Source: the human T2T-CHM13v2.0 reference genome, Homo sapiens
NCBI RefSeq assembly: GCF_009914755.1
Contig: NC_060931.1
Length of the DNA: 64,000 nucleotides
Direction: 5' to 3' (one strand)
In this document: positions 14,364-27,626 of the stretch, piece after piece
Numbering within the stretch: position 1 is the stretch's first letter
How the letters are laid out: the number at the start of each line of letters is the position of its first letter
The notes under the pieces: generated by a model
The model's input: only the letters and a program-made list of their open reading frames with translations
Database searches by the model: none
What the model was told of the DNA's origin: nothing
Position numbers and translations under genes: made by a program

Positions 14364-16529
14364 GCTGCTCACTCTCCCCCTGATGTGACGCGTTGTCAGA
14401 CATGACCAAATGCCACGGTTACTTGGGAGACAACAGCAGAAACGGGGCTGGATTCAGAATAAAAACTTTACATGGCTTATGTGAGAAAGGAAAGTCAGTA
14501 AGTTCACGGAACTCATGAACTTCAAAATTTCCCAATGAGTCTAGCAAGCAGTGCGCTGTTGGGAAGACCCTGGACGGGGCCATTGCTCCCAAGTCTGCTG
14601 GTGATACTGAGCCACTGTAGAGGGGCCACTGGCCAGCAGGGCGAACTCTTGGTGTGGGTTTCCTGCAAAGCAAGCCTGAGGGAAGGGCTTGGGTGCAGAT
14701 GGGTTTTTGGAAGTTGATGTCATGAGACCCAAGTGGAGGGGTGGGGATAGTGGGATGGGGAAGGGAGATGGGGGCCCCATCCTGCAGGAAGCCCTCAGAG
14801 GCGCTGTGTGAAAGCCATGCCAAGGAATGGTCGGGGGAGCCGGCACCTTCATTTCCTCCCACACTGATGGAGGACTGCCCGGTGTGTGGAGCCTCCACAA
14901 CTCCAGGTGCCTGTGCACCTGCTGAGGAAGAGCACTGGTCCCCGGAGAAAGCCAAGGAAGCAAAGCCGTCTGTGCACATGGGACCGTCTGTCCACGTGGG
15001 ACCATCTGTCCCTCAGCTCTGCCAAGAGAAGGCCCTAAAGCACCCAGGCAGGCCCTCAGAAGCACCTGCTCCAGATGAGATGACAAAACCAGCGAGGCGG
15101 GTGCAGAAGGCGCCCCTCAGCTGCATGCCTCTTTCTAGACTCTACCCTGTGATGCCAGGCTGGGCCCCCTTGGCCAGCAGGGCCCCTGTGAGGAGCTGCC
15201 AGACGGGTGCTAGTGACGCCCCAGTCCAGGGGAGGAAGGGCTGTGTGCCCTCTGTCCTGCAGCCTCACCTGGGAAGTGCCTCCACCTGCAGCAGGAGCCA
15301 CCCCGCTTGTGTGGTGGGGTTTAGTCATCCCGGCCCCTGTGGCAGGCCACTGCTCCATGGCCTGAGTCCAGCTCTGCCCAGATCCTCATCCTCCTCTGGA
15401 TTCTCATCACCCCACACCTTTCCTTCTTGCAGAAGCCATTTCACGGTTTCCCTCCAGCCCCATTTCATCAATTGCTTATGTCACTCAATTCCTTGTACTC
15501 ATTTTCGTGTGGAAACCTGGTGCTGGTGCTTCCTCCTGATTTGGATCACGCCTGCCGTGCTTGGAAAGCCAGCAAAGGCAAGTGAAGGAAGCTGGGCTCA
15601 GGCAGTAGCTGAGGGGGAGAGAGCCAGGGGCCCAGGAGGACGGGGACAGGTCAAGGGTGGCGAGGAGTCGGCGGGACAGCAGGGACAACTGGAGGCGATG
15701 CACGGCGGCGTGGCCCGCAGGGTGGTGGGACCGGACCCTTCCGTCAACACCTGCGTGAGTCAGAGCCTTGCCAGAAATCTGTGCCTGGTCTTGGTCCAGT
15801 GCAGAAGAGAACCCCACGTAAAACTGAAGGCCTGAGCAGCCAAACTCAAAAGAAAGGGGACAGCCCCCACCGAGGCTGAGTCTGGAGCCTGTTTTGAATT
15901 ACTGGGCTCAAGAAGAGTTCTTTAGGTGAGGGGCGGTCTGCACTCCTAGGTACAGCACGGCCCTGCTTGCTCCCTGGGTCATCCACTCACTCATTTGTTT
16001 CATGGGATATATAGAGAGCCTGGCATAGGTCCCCGGAGCTGTCAAGATCCAGGACAGACAGGGGTGAACAAGCAGGGTGGGCGCTTTTCTCCCGGAGGAC
16101 TGACATCCTGGTGGACACGGGGCTTGGTTGCTGGGAGGATGAGCTTCCTGCATGAGGGTGCACTATCTCATCATCAGCAGGTGGGACGCAGAGGCTGGAA
16201 GAGATCGGATCCGTCCACAGAGACCACAGGGGGAAGGTGCTTCTGTATTTCATGATTCCATGGACCCCTGGAATCCGTGAACGAGTCAGCAGCACACAGG
16301 GAGACGTCTCTAGGAGGAGGGCTGCAGCCAGGCCCCTTGTGGCCGCGTGTGACTTCCGATCCGCCTTCTCGCCATGCTACCCACAACGTCAGCATGTCCG
16401 TGGCTTTGGAGGGAAGTCTGCGTTCATTAGTGAAACAGGCGTGCACTCAGGTGGGCCACGGTGAGCTGAAGAAAGGCCGTCGCCAGCTCCATGTCCTCCC
16501 CCTACACGAGGCTCCTCCCTGGAGTCCAC

Positions 16530-17662
16530 GTTCACGACCTCTGCCGTGTTCAGCCACACTTCTTGTCACAGGAGTTTCAGGTGTCAGGAAAGCCATCCCA
16601 GGGCCCCCCACTGTTTGGCATCATTTTTAGCCTGTGTGTCCTGCTGAAGCCACCCTGGTCACTTTGGGTTGGTGTGCCCAGCCTCACCCCTCACCTCATC
16701 CTCAGGTGACACGGCCAGGACCCACCCTGAGAGAGGAAGCGGCCATGGATGCCCTTCTGGCTGGCATCTGGGGCACCCAGCATGCATTGCCTGCGTGGTC
16801 GCTCCACGTGGCTGTGGCTCACTCCTTCTTGGGTGGCCTTAGCCCTCTGCAGCTCCCATGTCTGTGGACTTTTTATGCAATCAAAGGAGAAGCCACCCCA
16901 GAAGGACCCGCCATCTCCCTCCGCCTCCCAGGAGTGGTACTGTGGAAACTGACGGCCTCAGGAGCCATGGCAACCAACCTCCGGGTCACATCCATCCAGA
17001 TGTCTCCCACAGGGAAACGGGTGTCACACGGAGCACCAGGAGAGCATCAGGTCCCTGTCCGCCGAGCTCACACGCAGCTGTTGCGTGGAGAGGGGTCCGC
17101 GTGTTGCCCGCCGAGCTCACACGCAGCCGTTGCGTGGAGAGGGGTCCGCGTGTTGTCCTCCGAGCTCACACGCAGCCGTTGCTCGTCAGCGCTGCCGCCT
17201 GGCTGCACACACCCTCTACATTAAGTCTTTAACACAGCTATGGCCTGAGTGTCTGGGCCTCTGGGATTTTGCCTCCACCAGTAACTTTTTTAGGATTGCC
17301 AAGTCCTAGACAGTGGGGCATTTAGGTGTAGACTGTTCAGTACCAAGCGGTGTATTTTCCTGAATTAAGAAATTATCAGATGCCACTGTTTCCACGCCAA
17401 ACTGTTCAGGGCCCCAGGGCTCCAAGACCACTCACAAGAATCAGAGCAGAGAGCACTCGTGGGAAACGCCCCCACACCCTGGCTCCCACTGCCCCAGTGC
17501 CCTGGGTCAACACGGCTCCTGGGCAGGACACACAGGCGGAGGCAGGTGTGGGATGAAGCCCCGGTCTCCCCGGTTCACGACCTCTGCCATGTTCAGCCAC
17601 ACTTATTGTCACAGGAGTTTCATGTGTCAGGAAAACCATCCCAGGGCCCCCCACTATTTGGC
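16530..17662 (+). repeat. Dispersed 90-bp direct repeat pair (16530-16619 and 17573-17662)
   Basis: gttcacgacctctgcc...cagggccccccact.tttggc occurs twice, 5 mismatches, offset 1043 bp. Confidence 0.95.
17059..17183. repeat. Minisatellite, 49-bp unit x2.5 (CpG-rich)
   Basis: ccgagctcacacgcagc.gttgcgtggagaggggtccgcgtgttg repeated at period 49. Confidence 0.95.
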
Positions 17663-20335
17663 CTCTTCTCCATGCAACGGCTGTGTGTGAGCTTGGTGAG
17701 GGCGAGTTTCCTTGTCACGGACCTCAAGCATTGGCGTGAGAGGTCGCCCATGATAAGCTAAGGTCACGTCCACTTACTGGTGAATAAGACGAGACTCTAA
17801 CATGCAGCCTTTCCATGGATTCCTTTCTGTTGGCCCCAGAACGTGGGAAGTGGGAGGTCCCTCTCTGCGCCGCGCTGTTTGAGGAAGAAGCTGGAAGAAA
17901 TCCGCACTGAATATGGCCCTTTAGTTTCTTGGGAAAACCAGGCCATGCCCTCCCTGGGCCTCAGGACTCAGAGAGCGCGACACCGGCCAGACGGCCAGAA
18001 AGGAGGCAGGGCCTGGCCGTGGCATCGCCATTCCTTCTGACGTCTTCCAGTTCCTCCCGAGCCCTCTGCACCTCGCCCGCCCCCGCCCCCACCTCCTTGT
18101 GCTGTCCTGAGTCCCCCACCGGGTCCGGGGTCCCGATTCCAGCAGTGGTTGTGGGCAAGTGTCTGCTGACGGCTGCATCCTCCCCACCTCTGCGTCCACC
18201 CCGTCCCTCAGACATGCTGGGTCCTGACCCTTTGGTGCTCAGCTCCCTGGGGCCAGGATGGCCCTGGCATCTGCTGGTCACTGTGGAGAGGCTGTTGTCA
18301 GTGGGATCAGGCATGGTTTTTTGATTTGTGGGGCAACTCTAACACCCTCAAGAGCCCTGGAACACAGACCTGCCCACCAGGCCCCGAGAAAAGACGGCCC
18401 TCCCAGGGATTGTCCAAGCTCAGAGGCAGGCAGACCAAAGCTCTCCTCCCAGCTCGGGCAGCAGCCTCTCGCAACACCTGTTTCTTTACGGGACTGGTAA
18501 TCCTGGAAAAGGAAAGGACTGAAAGCTCCCATCCGTGCGGAGCTTCTCAGTGGGACTTGGTGAATTTCATTCAGCAGATCCCGGCCTCTCCCTTCTGCAT
18601 GGACAGAAACACCACGGCATTTTCTGGGGGGCAGAGGAGATGCCAGAAAAGTGTTCTCAGCAATTAGGCCATGGTTAGCAACCTGAAAGAGGTGTGAGCG
18701 AGGCTGAAGAGAGAGGACCATGGCTGGTGTGTGCTGTGCAGTGCTGGAGGGCTGCGGGGGTGCTTCTGTCTGATGTTAGGGACTCAGGCTGCTGATGGTG
18801 CCCTCCAAGGTCATGTGTGTGGTCGACAGCAAAGCTCCATGGAGCGGGCTGTGCTGCCGTCACCTCTACCACAGGTGAAAGCCTGGGGACAGAAAGAAAG
18901 GAGGCGACCTGCTTACAGCTGCAGGAAGAGTGGGGAAGTTCTGTCCCCAGGCAGGCATGGCTTTGGTCCAGAGCCTGGGCTTGTCACTAGCTCTCCCGAC
19001 TTCACCTGTGGCCTCTGTGCTCATTCTTGTGCCCTCTGCCCCGAAGGGGACTTCCGTGCTGCCCAACAGTAGAAGTTCTCCCCACCACCTGCACCCGAGG
19101 ATGATGGAGTCACCTGTCGTCATCCCAGGCAGGTGGGGACCGTGTTGCCTGATTCTGAATCCCCAGCCTGGCAACCCTTTGTTTAGTGAATGCATAGAAA
19201 TATTAAGCAGCCGGCCTACTCTCTCTTTTCAATTGGGAATTTTGGCGGCAAGAGATTAAACAATGTTTGATTTCTGGAAGCTGCTTTCTTTATAAGGACA
19301 GCAGTGCAGTGGAGGTGTCTGCCCTCCCTATTCGCCACCCCACTCCACCCTCCTCCTCAAATGGGGCCCTGAGAACTCTAGGGCAGCTCTGAGACAAGGT
19401 TGCTGGTCTTCTGTTTTGGGGGAAATCTTGGAAGGATCCTCCGTCATGACGGTGCTTCAAGTGCACCTGCACAGCCGGGAATCCCTTCTCCAGTCTCAAT
19501 TTCCAATAGTCAGAACCTCAGTTTAGCAAATCTAATGGCATTAGTTTGTTTTAATTCAGACAGGATGCATGGGGGTGGACTACTGCGGCCGGGTGCAGTG
19601 GCCGGGTGGTGGACCGTGCCAGAGAAACAGCCCTAATGCCACACTGGTGGAACACGTCCCTGACTGTGACGTTGGCAGGCCACAGCCTTTGTGCCCTGTT
19701 TTTCTTCTTGGTAGAACCAGGATAAGAATTCTCTTCCCGCATATCACAGGTACCTGTCGGCATTGGGGAGGGTCAGATGGGACCCAATGAGAGGATCGTA
19801 GGAAAGTGCTCTCAGGGGATGGGCTCAACACAAGGCATGGTGCTGCTGACGTCACTGTGATGGGTCATCCTGGAGCCGGGCTTCTCTGGGCAGCATCCAG
19901 AGCGCAGTGTTGGGAGGCCGAGCTTGGCACAGGAGACTGGAGAGTAACTGCGGGGCCACTGCCTGAACAGCTGGGGAGCCCTCTGCGAACGCTGCCAGAG
20001 ACAGGCAGAGAACGCACTGCTGAAGGGGCACTTGACCGCCCACAGAGGAATGGATCAAACTCTGAACTCCTAAATGGGCGGCCCATGTGCATACTGGTGG
20101 CATCATGGGAGAAACATGCTTGGCTCAGGATGATGACCTGGAAGCCGAAGGTATTTTCTAGGCTCATATGTGCCACAGAAACTGCTGTGTGGTGGGAAGA
20201 TGGCCACCAGGGAGAGGCAAAAACCAACTTCTGGGCCCTTGGAGCAATATAAGGCCTGCAGGCAATGAGGGGCTTCCCTTTCAAAACTCACCCACTGAGT
20301 CTTAACATTCCACTATTTCCGATCCGTTCCTTTGA

Positions 20336-20663
<328 letters not shown>

Positions 20664-21420
20664 TGTGTTCTCTTTTAAAATGAAAATACTCCTGGGAAAA
20701 GTGATGTAGTAAATGTCTAGACCTTGGTGGGAATTAAGAAGGAAAAGCCTGTGCTCGAGGCCGTGGATGTGACAGAGGCTGGGGGGTCGTCGGGATGGGA
20801 GGTCAGACAGGAAGAACAGGAGCAGAGAGGGAAAGGGTAAACCACAGAAGGCCGCACGCAGGCCCGTGGGGCCCGCAGGAGTGAGCAGTGGAGACAGAGA
20901 CATGCACATCCTAACAGCGTTTCTGGGCAGTGAGGGTCCCATGGTAGATTCCTGTCAAGCGACAGATCTCCCCGCCTTGGCCTTTTCCCGTTTCGCCGTT
21001 GCCTCCCCACTTTGAGATTAATTGACTTCCCTTTAGAGTCATCTCATGGAGACTCGTTCTCCCAGCTGGGGGAGGATTCCAAGGCCAGTTGCGAATTCCT
21101 GGCACCGGGAACTTGGCCTCGCCCCTTATTCATCAAGTCCAGGCACGAGTCACTTTCTGCTCAGGTTTGGCCTTTAAGATTACGCACTCCGTGCACCCTG
21201 GGGTAGCCAACCCCCCGAAGGAAAACACGATGGAAGTCTTCATCCTTAGAACAGGAGGACAACGGGCTCGGGTTGAAGCAGCTGACCCGGTGCTGGGAAT
21301 GAGTGAGAGGAGGCGCGGCACCTGCCCCGGCCCGCATGGACGCAGGCACATTAGATGCCAAGTAGTAGGGAGCCCTGGTTCACTTCTTACCTGGCTCGCT
21401 GCAAAGAGAACACCGCAGCT

Positions 21421-21595
21421 GGCCAGGCTTGGTGGTGCATGTCTGTAATCCCAGCTACTTGGGAGGCTGAGTCAGAATTGCTTGAACCCAGGAGGCAAAG
21501 ACTGCAGTGAGCCAAGGTCGCACCATTGCATTCCAGCCTGGGTGATAGAGCATGACTCTGTCTCAAAACAAACAAACAAACAAACAAAGAAAAAC
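21421..21595 (+). mobile_element. Alu right monomer (FRAM or 5'-truncated Alu)
   Basis: Right arm only with (AAAC)n tail; degenerate TSD aaaga.aa.accgca. Confidence 0.85.
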
Positions 21596-23449
21596 CGCAC
21601 CACAGCCTTGAAACAACTTTCTGGGCTGTCTCCCTAAGGGAACCAGGGTCAGGTGGGTGGGGGAGGTCTCCCTGCCCAGCACTCATTGTAGGAATGAAGA
21701 GAGAGGCCCAGTTGGCCTCCTCAGTTGTGACTTCACAGCTCTGCCACCAGAAATGTGTGCCAAAAGGAAGCATATTTATTTATAAGCAATAGTAACTATT
21801 AATAATAATTAATTACTAAGTTCTTCTGTTCCTTTTTTCAGGCGAGTAAATGGTTTCCATTCTTTGCATCTGTTAACAACTTCGGGAACAAAATTGTTAC
21901 ACCCATCTCCAAGTTACAAATCTATTGGGCTCCAAATATTGATTTGCATGTCAGTGGCTTGTCATTTAGGAAACATTTTCTCACGGAAAATGCTAGCCCT
22001 GGCTAGGTTCTCAGGCTAGCTCACCAAGGTGAAGCATTTCGTATTGGTAGTTTATATCTAAAAAGTCTTCGTGTCAAATGTAGAAACAAATAAATATGGA
22101 AACAAGTGTAGAAGTAAAACAGCTCAGCTCGCTGATGGTTTAAATGGGTGTTTGCGGCAAGCCTGATTCGTGTTTAAAACATTATTTTGAGGTTTGTGGA
22201 GAAGTGCTTTCTGTTTCCACCCTGCCATGATAAGAGAATGTTCACCCCAAAACGACAAAGCCCACAGTGCAGGTGTTTCGTTATTTGTAAAGTTTCTGTG
22301 TGACATTGTAGTCCGTTTTCTTTTTCATAGGGAAACTGGTCCTAAGAATGATTAAGCGTCCTAGAATCACAATGGCTATTTTTGATTGGTTTTTGTTTAA
22401 ATTCTAAACACATGATCTTCGCCTCTTCATTAGGAACAGTTGGTGGCTGCACAATCGGGGAGTCGTGGATTCTGCCTGCTTTCTGGCCACTCCTCCCACT
22501 TTGTATTCCCGTTTCTTCCAGTTCTGGTTGCTCAGTGTTCTCAAGGTGCCTGAGTCCATACAGACAAGAAGTAGCTGACTTCACATTCAGCTGCATTTTC
22601 AATCATAGTCTTCAGGAGGAGAATTGGAGTTTTCCATGTTTTCTGAAATTAATGAACAGGGCTGAATGTCAACAGCCAGCATTTTAAAATACTAAAACTC
22701 AGCATCCTCTCCTGAAATCCTAGATCTGACAGCCTCCCATGAGCCTCAAATGGTTTTGTGTTCAAGTCCAAGTTTCAAAAGCAAATGAAGATAAACCGAC
22801 CAATGCCCAGAAAATCTGTCCAAGAAAAAAGCAGCAACCACATGGGAAATTTGAACAAGGAGACTGTCCTGTCACTAAATTCAGGATATGTAGCCAACAG
22901 GGACAACAACCAGCCCCCAGAGAGCCTCTAGGATGAACCTTCAGGGCAAGGACTTTAACAAACAGGCATCGCCTCCACTGTCAGTCCCTCACTAAGTTGG
23001 TAATGACAGCAGTCGCTATCTCTGAGACCAAAGGCCTCTGTGCTTTCAAAACTCCTGTTACATAGAGTACAGGCATTCCGAGGTGAGTCCATGAAGTCTT
23101 AGGTGAGGACTCCAGAGGAGAGCCCTAAACAGGCAGAGGAAACGCAACTTTGCACTTACAACACCGACGGTTTCTCAGTGCAGGCCCGAGCACACGCACG
23201 CCCTGGTCCTCATGCCCTGGTCCTCCCTGCATCTGCATGGGTCAGTCACTGAACTGCTCTGGACCCGGCTTCTCTGTCTGCTCCAGGGGCCATGCCGGCA
23301 AATGCTCCCAGCAGCCAGGGAGGGCTCGTACTGCATGAAAAAAGGTGTGGGTTGTTGGGGCGGTCTGGACCTTGCCCTGTCTGCAGGCAACAGCTGCTGC
23401 CCGGCTTCAGCCATCACTGGAATTTCTGGGTGCAGAACTCCAGGCTGTG

Positions 23450-24450
23450 TGTTGCTCTCCCCAGAATTCTGAAGGCGTTTTGTCCTGACCTTCCACTATC
23501 TTTGGTTGCTGACTATTTGCGCTTGCTGTAATTATTGTTCCGTTTGATAATCTCTTATTTTCTCACTAGTGGCTTCTAAGATGCTAAGTTCTTTATTCTA
23601 TATTTATGCTTTCAAACGTTGTATTTTGCAGATATATGGTAAATAGTGCATAGTCTTTATGCTGTTTTTATTCTTTATTATTAATGTTTTACAGTTTCGT
23701 TATGACGTCTTTAGATGTCAGCTCATTCTTATTTAAGCGTCTTTGTCTTCTGAGTGCATTTATTTTCAGTGTGAGGACTAAGGTCTTTTTACAATCCTGG
23801 AAAGTTTCCAGTCATCCAAATATTGCTTCTTCATGATTTGTTCTTTTCTTTTCTTTTGGAATTCCTTTTTGACCTAGATTGGAAATTCTCTCCCTGCATG
23901 TTCTTTTTTTTTTATTTCATTATTATTATACTTTAAGTTTTAGGGTACATATGCACAACATGCAGGTTTGTTACATATGTATACATGTGCCATTTTGGTG
24001 TGCTGCACCCATTAACTCGTCATTTAGCATTAGGTATATCTCCTAATGCTATCCCTCCCCACTCCCCCCACCTGGGTATATACCCAAAGGATTATAAATC
24101 ATGCTGCTATAAAGACCCTGCGTGTTCTTAGTTGCTTTCCATGTGCTTATTTTGCGGGTCTGCCCTGCACTCTGGTGAATTCTTGAGTTCTAACTGAAGA
24201 ACATAAGTTTATTAGTTTGTGCCTAGGATAGAGTACATTCCATCTATGAAGTACATTCCATCTATGAAGTTAAATGACTATCATTAATTTGTAACAGCTC
24301 ATCCTGATTTGTTGTTTATGTCTGTTATTATTTAATTTCAGCCTGTTATTGCTTAATTTCTCTGGGTCCTTCTGAATTGTTGTATTATTTTTCTTTCATC
24401 TGGTGGGAATTTGTGCTCTGGGGGCTATGCTGGTTGTTTTCTACATTACT
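23450..24450 (-). mobile_element. Ancient L1M fragment (host of the L1PA insertion)
   Basis: T-rich; aatcctggaaagtttccagtcat..caaatattgcttct is typical of old L1 ORF1 antisense. Confidence 0.5.
23903..24116 (-). mobile_element. Short L1PA (PA3/4-like) insertion with 5' inversion
   Basis: Antisense 3' UTR 23903-24071 joined to a sense ORF2 piece 24072-24116; TSD ccctgc(a/g)tgttctt at 23892 and 24116. Confidence 0.92.
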
Positions 24451-24927
24451 TTTCTTCATGTATGGTAGTCCCAGGTTGAGTGGAATACTCTAGTTTCTCT
24501 CTGTCTTTTTCGTCTCTTCTGAACCCATTCCTCTCTGTCCCGTGCCTTTTCAGCTGTTTCTTGGGTCCCTAGTCCAGAGCCAACTCACAAAATGCTTGGG
24601 GTCCTTGCCCTGTGCTGATGCTGGGGATATCACAGGTAGCTTGTCTCAGTTCCTGGTCTATGATGCGTCTGGATTCACCTCTCCCTTAGGCCTGCAGCTT
24701 TCTCTGAACCACAGCTCAACGCAGGGCTCCACAGAGGCTTGTATTTAGCTTTCCGTCCTAGAACTCCCAGTATTTAATGGTGATCCCAGATCTGGTCTAT
24801 GACATTGCCTGGGGAACGTAACCCTGTTACCCCTTAGAAACCCAACTACGGACACCTCTGCAAACTTCCGAACCTCAAAACTTTGGACCTTTGTCCCGTC
24901 ACTGTGCTACAAGCTTTTGTTCTAATT

Positions 24928-25667
24928 AAACTTTTTATTTGAGATAATTGTAGTTTCATATGTATAAACAACACAGAGAGACCGTGTGTGCACTTTATCC
25001 AGTTTCTCCCCAGTGGTCATATCTTGCAGAACTATAGTACACCATCACAAACCAAGACACTGACATTGGTATGATCAAGCTTCAGAACACCTCCACCACA
25101 AAAGGATCCTCGTGTTGACCTTTTACAGTTAAACCACTTTCTTCCCACCTCGCCCTCTCTGTAACCCTCAGCAACTCATCTAATCTCCATTTCAATGATT
25201 TTGTCACTTGAAGAAGTTTATACAAGTGGAATCATACAGTATGTCACCCTGTAAACTTTTGGGACTGGCTTATTCTCACTTAGCATAATTCTCTGAAGAC
25301 TCATGCAGGTTTTTGCATGTATCAATAGCTTGCTCTTCTTTGTCACTCAGTGGCAGGGAGGCACCACAGTTAGTTTAACCATTCACCTGATGAAGGGCAT
25401 CTGGGTTGACTCTTAGTTGGGGTTATTAACAAAGCTTCCATAAATATTTGTGCACAGGTTTTATGTGAATATGCTTTTTCATTTCTCTGTGATAAATGGC
25501 CAGGAGTGCAATCTCTGGGTTGTATGATAATTGCATGGTTAGTTTTCTAGGAAACTGCCAACCATTTTCCAGAGAGTCTGTGCAGCTTTCCCCTCCAGCG
25601 ACGTGTGAGTGATCCAGTTTCTCCACTCTTGCCAGCATCTAGTGTTGTCATCATTTTTCATTCTGTT
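24928..25667 (-). mobile_element. L1MC1-like 3' end
   Basis: atcttgcagaactatagtaca..atcacaa..actgacattg; continues after 27627. Confidence 0.85.
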
Positions 25668-26220
25668 TGTATTAGTCTGTTCTCACACCACTATAAAGAT
25701 ACTACCTGAGACTGGGTAATTTGCAAACAAAGAAGTTTAATTGACTTACAGTTCTGCATGGCTGAGGAGGCCTCAGGAAACTTACAATCATGGCAGAAGG
25801 GGAAGCAGGCACGTCTTACATGGTGGCAGAAGACAGAGAGGGTGTGAGAGTGCAGGGTAAACTACCATTTATAAAACCATCAGATCTCATGAGAATCACT
25901 CACTGTCATGAGAATAGCATGGAAGAGCCACCCCCATAATCCAATCTCTTCCCTCCCTGAACATGTGGGGATTACATATCCTTCCCTTGACACAAGGATT
26001 ACAGTTCAAGATGAGATCTGGGTGGGGTCACAGAGCCAAACCATATCATTCCACCTCTGGCCCCTCCCAAATCTTATGTCTTTTATACATTTGAAAGCCA
26101 ATCATGCCTTTCCAACAATCCCCCAACGTCTTAAGTCATTCCAGCATTAACATAAAAGTCCAAGTTCAAAGCCTCATCTGAGACAAGTCAAGTCCCTTCC
26201 ACCTATGAACTTGTAAAATC
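25668..26220 (-). mobile_element. MSTA/THE1D-type MaLR LTR (25668-26048) plus ~170 bp internal sequence
   Basis: tgtattagtctgttctcac...ggcctcaggaaacttacaatcatggcagaagg...cagagccaaaccatatca, then ttccac..ggcccctcccaaatct. Confidence 0.92.
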
Positions 26221-27592
26221 AAGGATGCCCACCCTCACCCCTTCTCTTCGACATAGAACTGGAAGTCCTCCCCAGAGCAATCAGACGAGAGAAAGAAATA
26301 AAAGGCATCCAAGTCGGTAAAGAGGAAATCAAACTGTTGCTGTTTGCTGACGATATGGTTATTTACCTAAAACCCTAAAGACTCTTCCAGAAAGCTCCTA
26401 GAACTGATAAAATAATTTAGCAAAGTTTCTGTTTCCAAAATTGATGTACACAAATCAGTAGCTCTTCTATATACCAACAGCAGCGACCAAGATGAGAATC
26501 AAATCAATAACTCAATCCCTTTTACAATAGCTGCAAAAAAATAAAATAAAATAAAATAAAATAAAATAAAATAAAATAAAATATTTAGGAATATACCTAA
26601 CCAAGGAGGGTGAAAGACCTCTACAAGGAAAACTACAAAACACAGCTGAAAGAAATCATAGATGACACAAACAAATGGAAACACATCCCATGCTCATGGA
26701 TGGGTAGAATCAATATTGTAAAAATGACCATACAGCCAAAAGCAATCTACAAATTCAATGCAATTCCAATCAAAATACTACCATCATTCTTCGCAGAACT
26801 AGAAAAAACAATCCTAAATTCATATGGAACCAAAAAAGAGCCTGCATAGCCAAAGCAAGACTAAGCAAAAATAAATAAATAAATAATCTGGACCTATCAC
26901 ATTACCTGATTTCAAACTATACTGTAAGGCCATAGTCACCAAAACAGCATGGTACTGGTATAAAAATAGTCATACAGATCAAGGAAACAGAATAGAGAAC
27001 CCAGAAATAAACCCAAATACTTACAGGCAACTGATCTTTGACAAAGCAAATAAAAACATAAAGTGGGGAATGGACACACTATTCAACAAATTGTGCTAGG
27101 ATAATTGGCAAGCCACGTGTAGGAGAATGAAACTGGATTCTCATCTCTCACCATATACAAAAATCAACTCAAGATGGATCAAGGACTTAAATCTAAGACC
27201 TGAAACTATAAAAATTCTGGAAGATAACGTTGGAAAAACCCTGCTAGACATTGACTTAGGCAAGGATTTTATGACCAAGAACCCAAAAGCAAATGCAATA
27301 AAAACAAAGATAAATAGCTGAGACTTAATTAAACCAAAGAGCTTTTGCGTGGCAAAAGGAACAGTCAGCAGAGTAAACAGACAACCCACAGAATAGGAGA
27401 AAAATCTTCACAGTCTATACATCTAACAAAGGACTAATATCCAGAATTTACAACAAACTCAAACAAATTAGCAAGAAAAAAAAACAAATAATCCCTTCAA
27501 AAAGTGGGCTAAGGACATGAATGGACAATTCTCAAAAGAAGATATACAAATGGCCAAGAAACATATGAAAAAATGTTCAACATCATTAATGA
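26221..27592 (+). mobile_element. L1PB-like ORF2 internal fragment (RT region), no 3' UTR or poly-A
   Basis: LFADDM motif (ctgtttgctgacgatatg); [27 protein letters not shown]; [21 protein letters not shown]. Confidence 0.93.
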
Positions 27593-27626
27593 GATTTAGG
27601 TGCAGACACAGAGCAAAGCCATATCA
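27589..27626 (-). mobile_element. Terminal ~38 bp of a second MST/THE1 LTR
   Basis: atgagatttaggtgcagacacagagcaaagccatatca parallels 26011-26048. Confidence 0.8.

Noticed and set aside
14741-15835. Longest ORF (364 aa) as a novel protein gene
   Set aside because: It starts at GTG, and its Pro/Ser/Gly/Cys-rich composition is typical of GC-rich non-coding DNA. It has no recognisable domain, long ORFs overlap it on the opposite strand, and part may be an old LTR. PhyloCSF or Ribo-seq would be needed to revive it.
13574-19854. Perfect CRE sites TGACGTCA at 13574 and 19847
   Set aside because: They are isolated 8-mers without supporting promoter context and are compatible with chance.
24232-24270. 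18-bp direct duplication agtacattccatctatga
   Set aside because: This is an ordinary slippage duplication inside an old L1, with no further significance evident.
26221-27592. Reverse-transcriptase ORFs as a functional gene
   Set aside because: This is fragmented L1 ORF2 with stops, frameshifts and an (AAAAT)n expansion.
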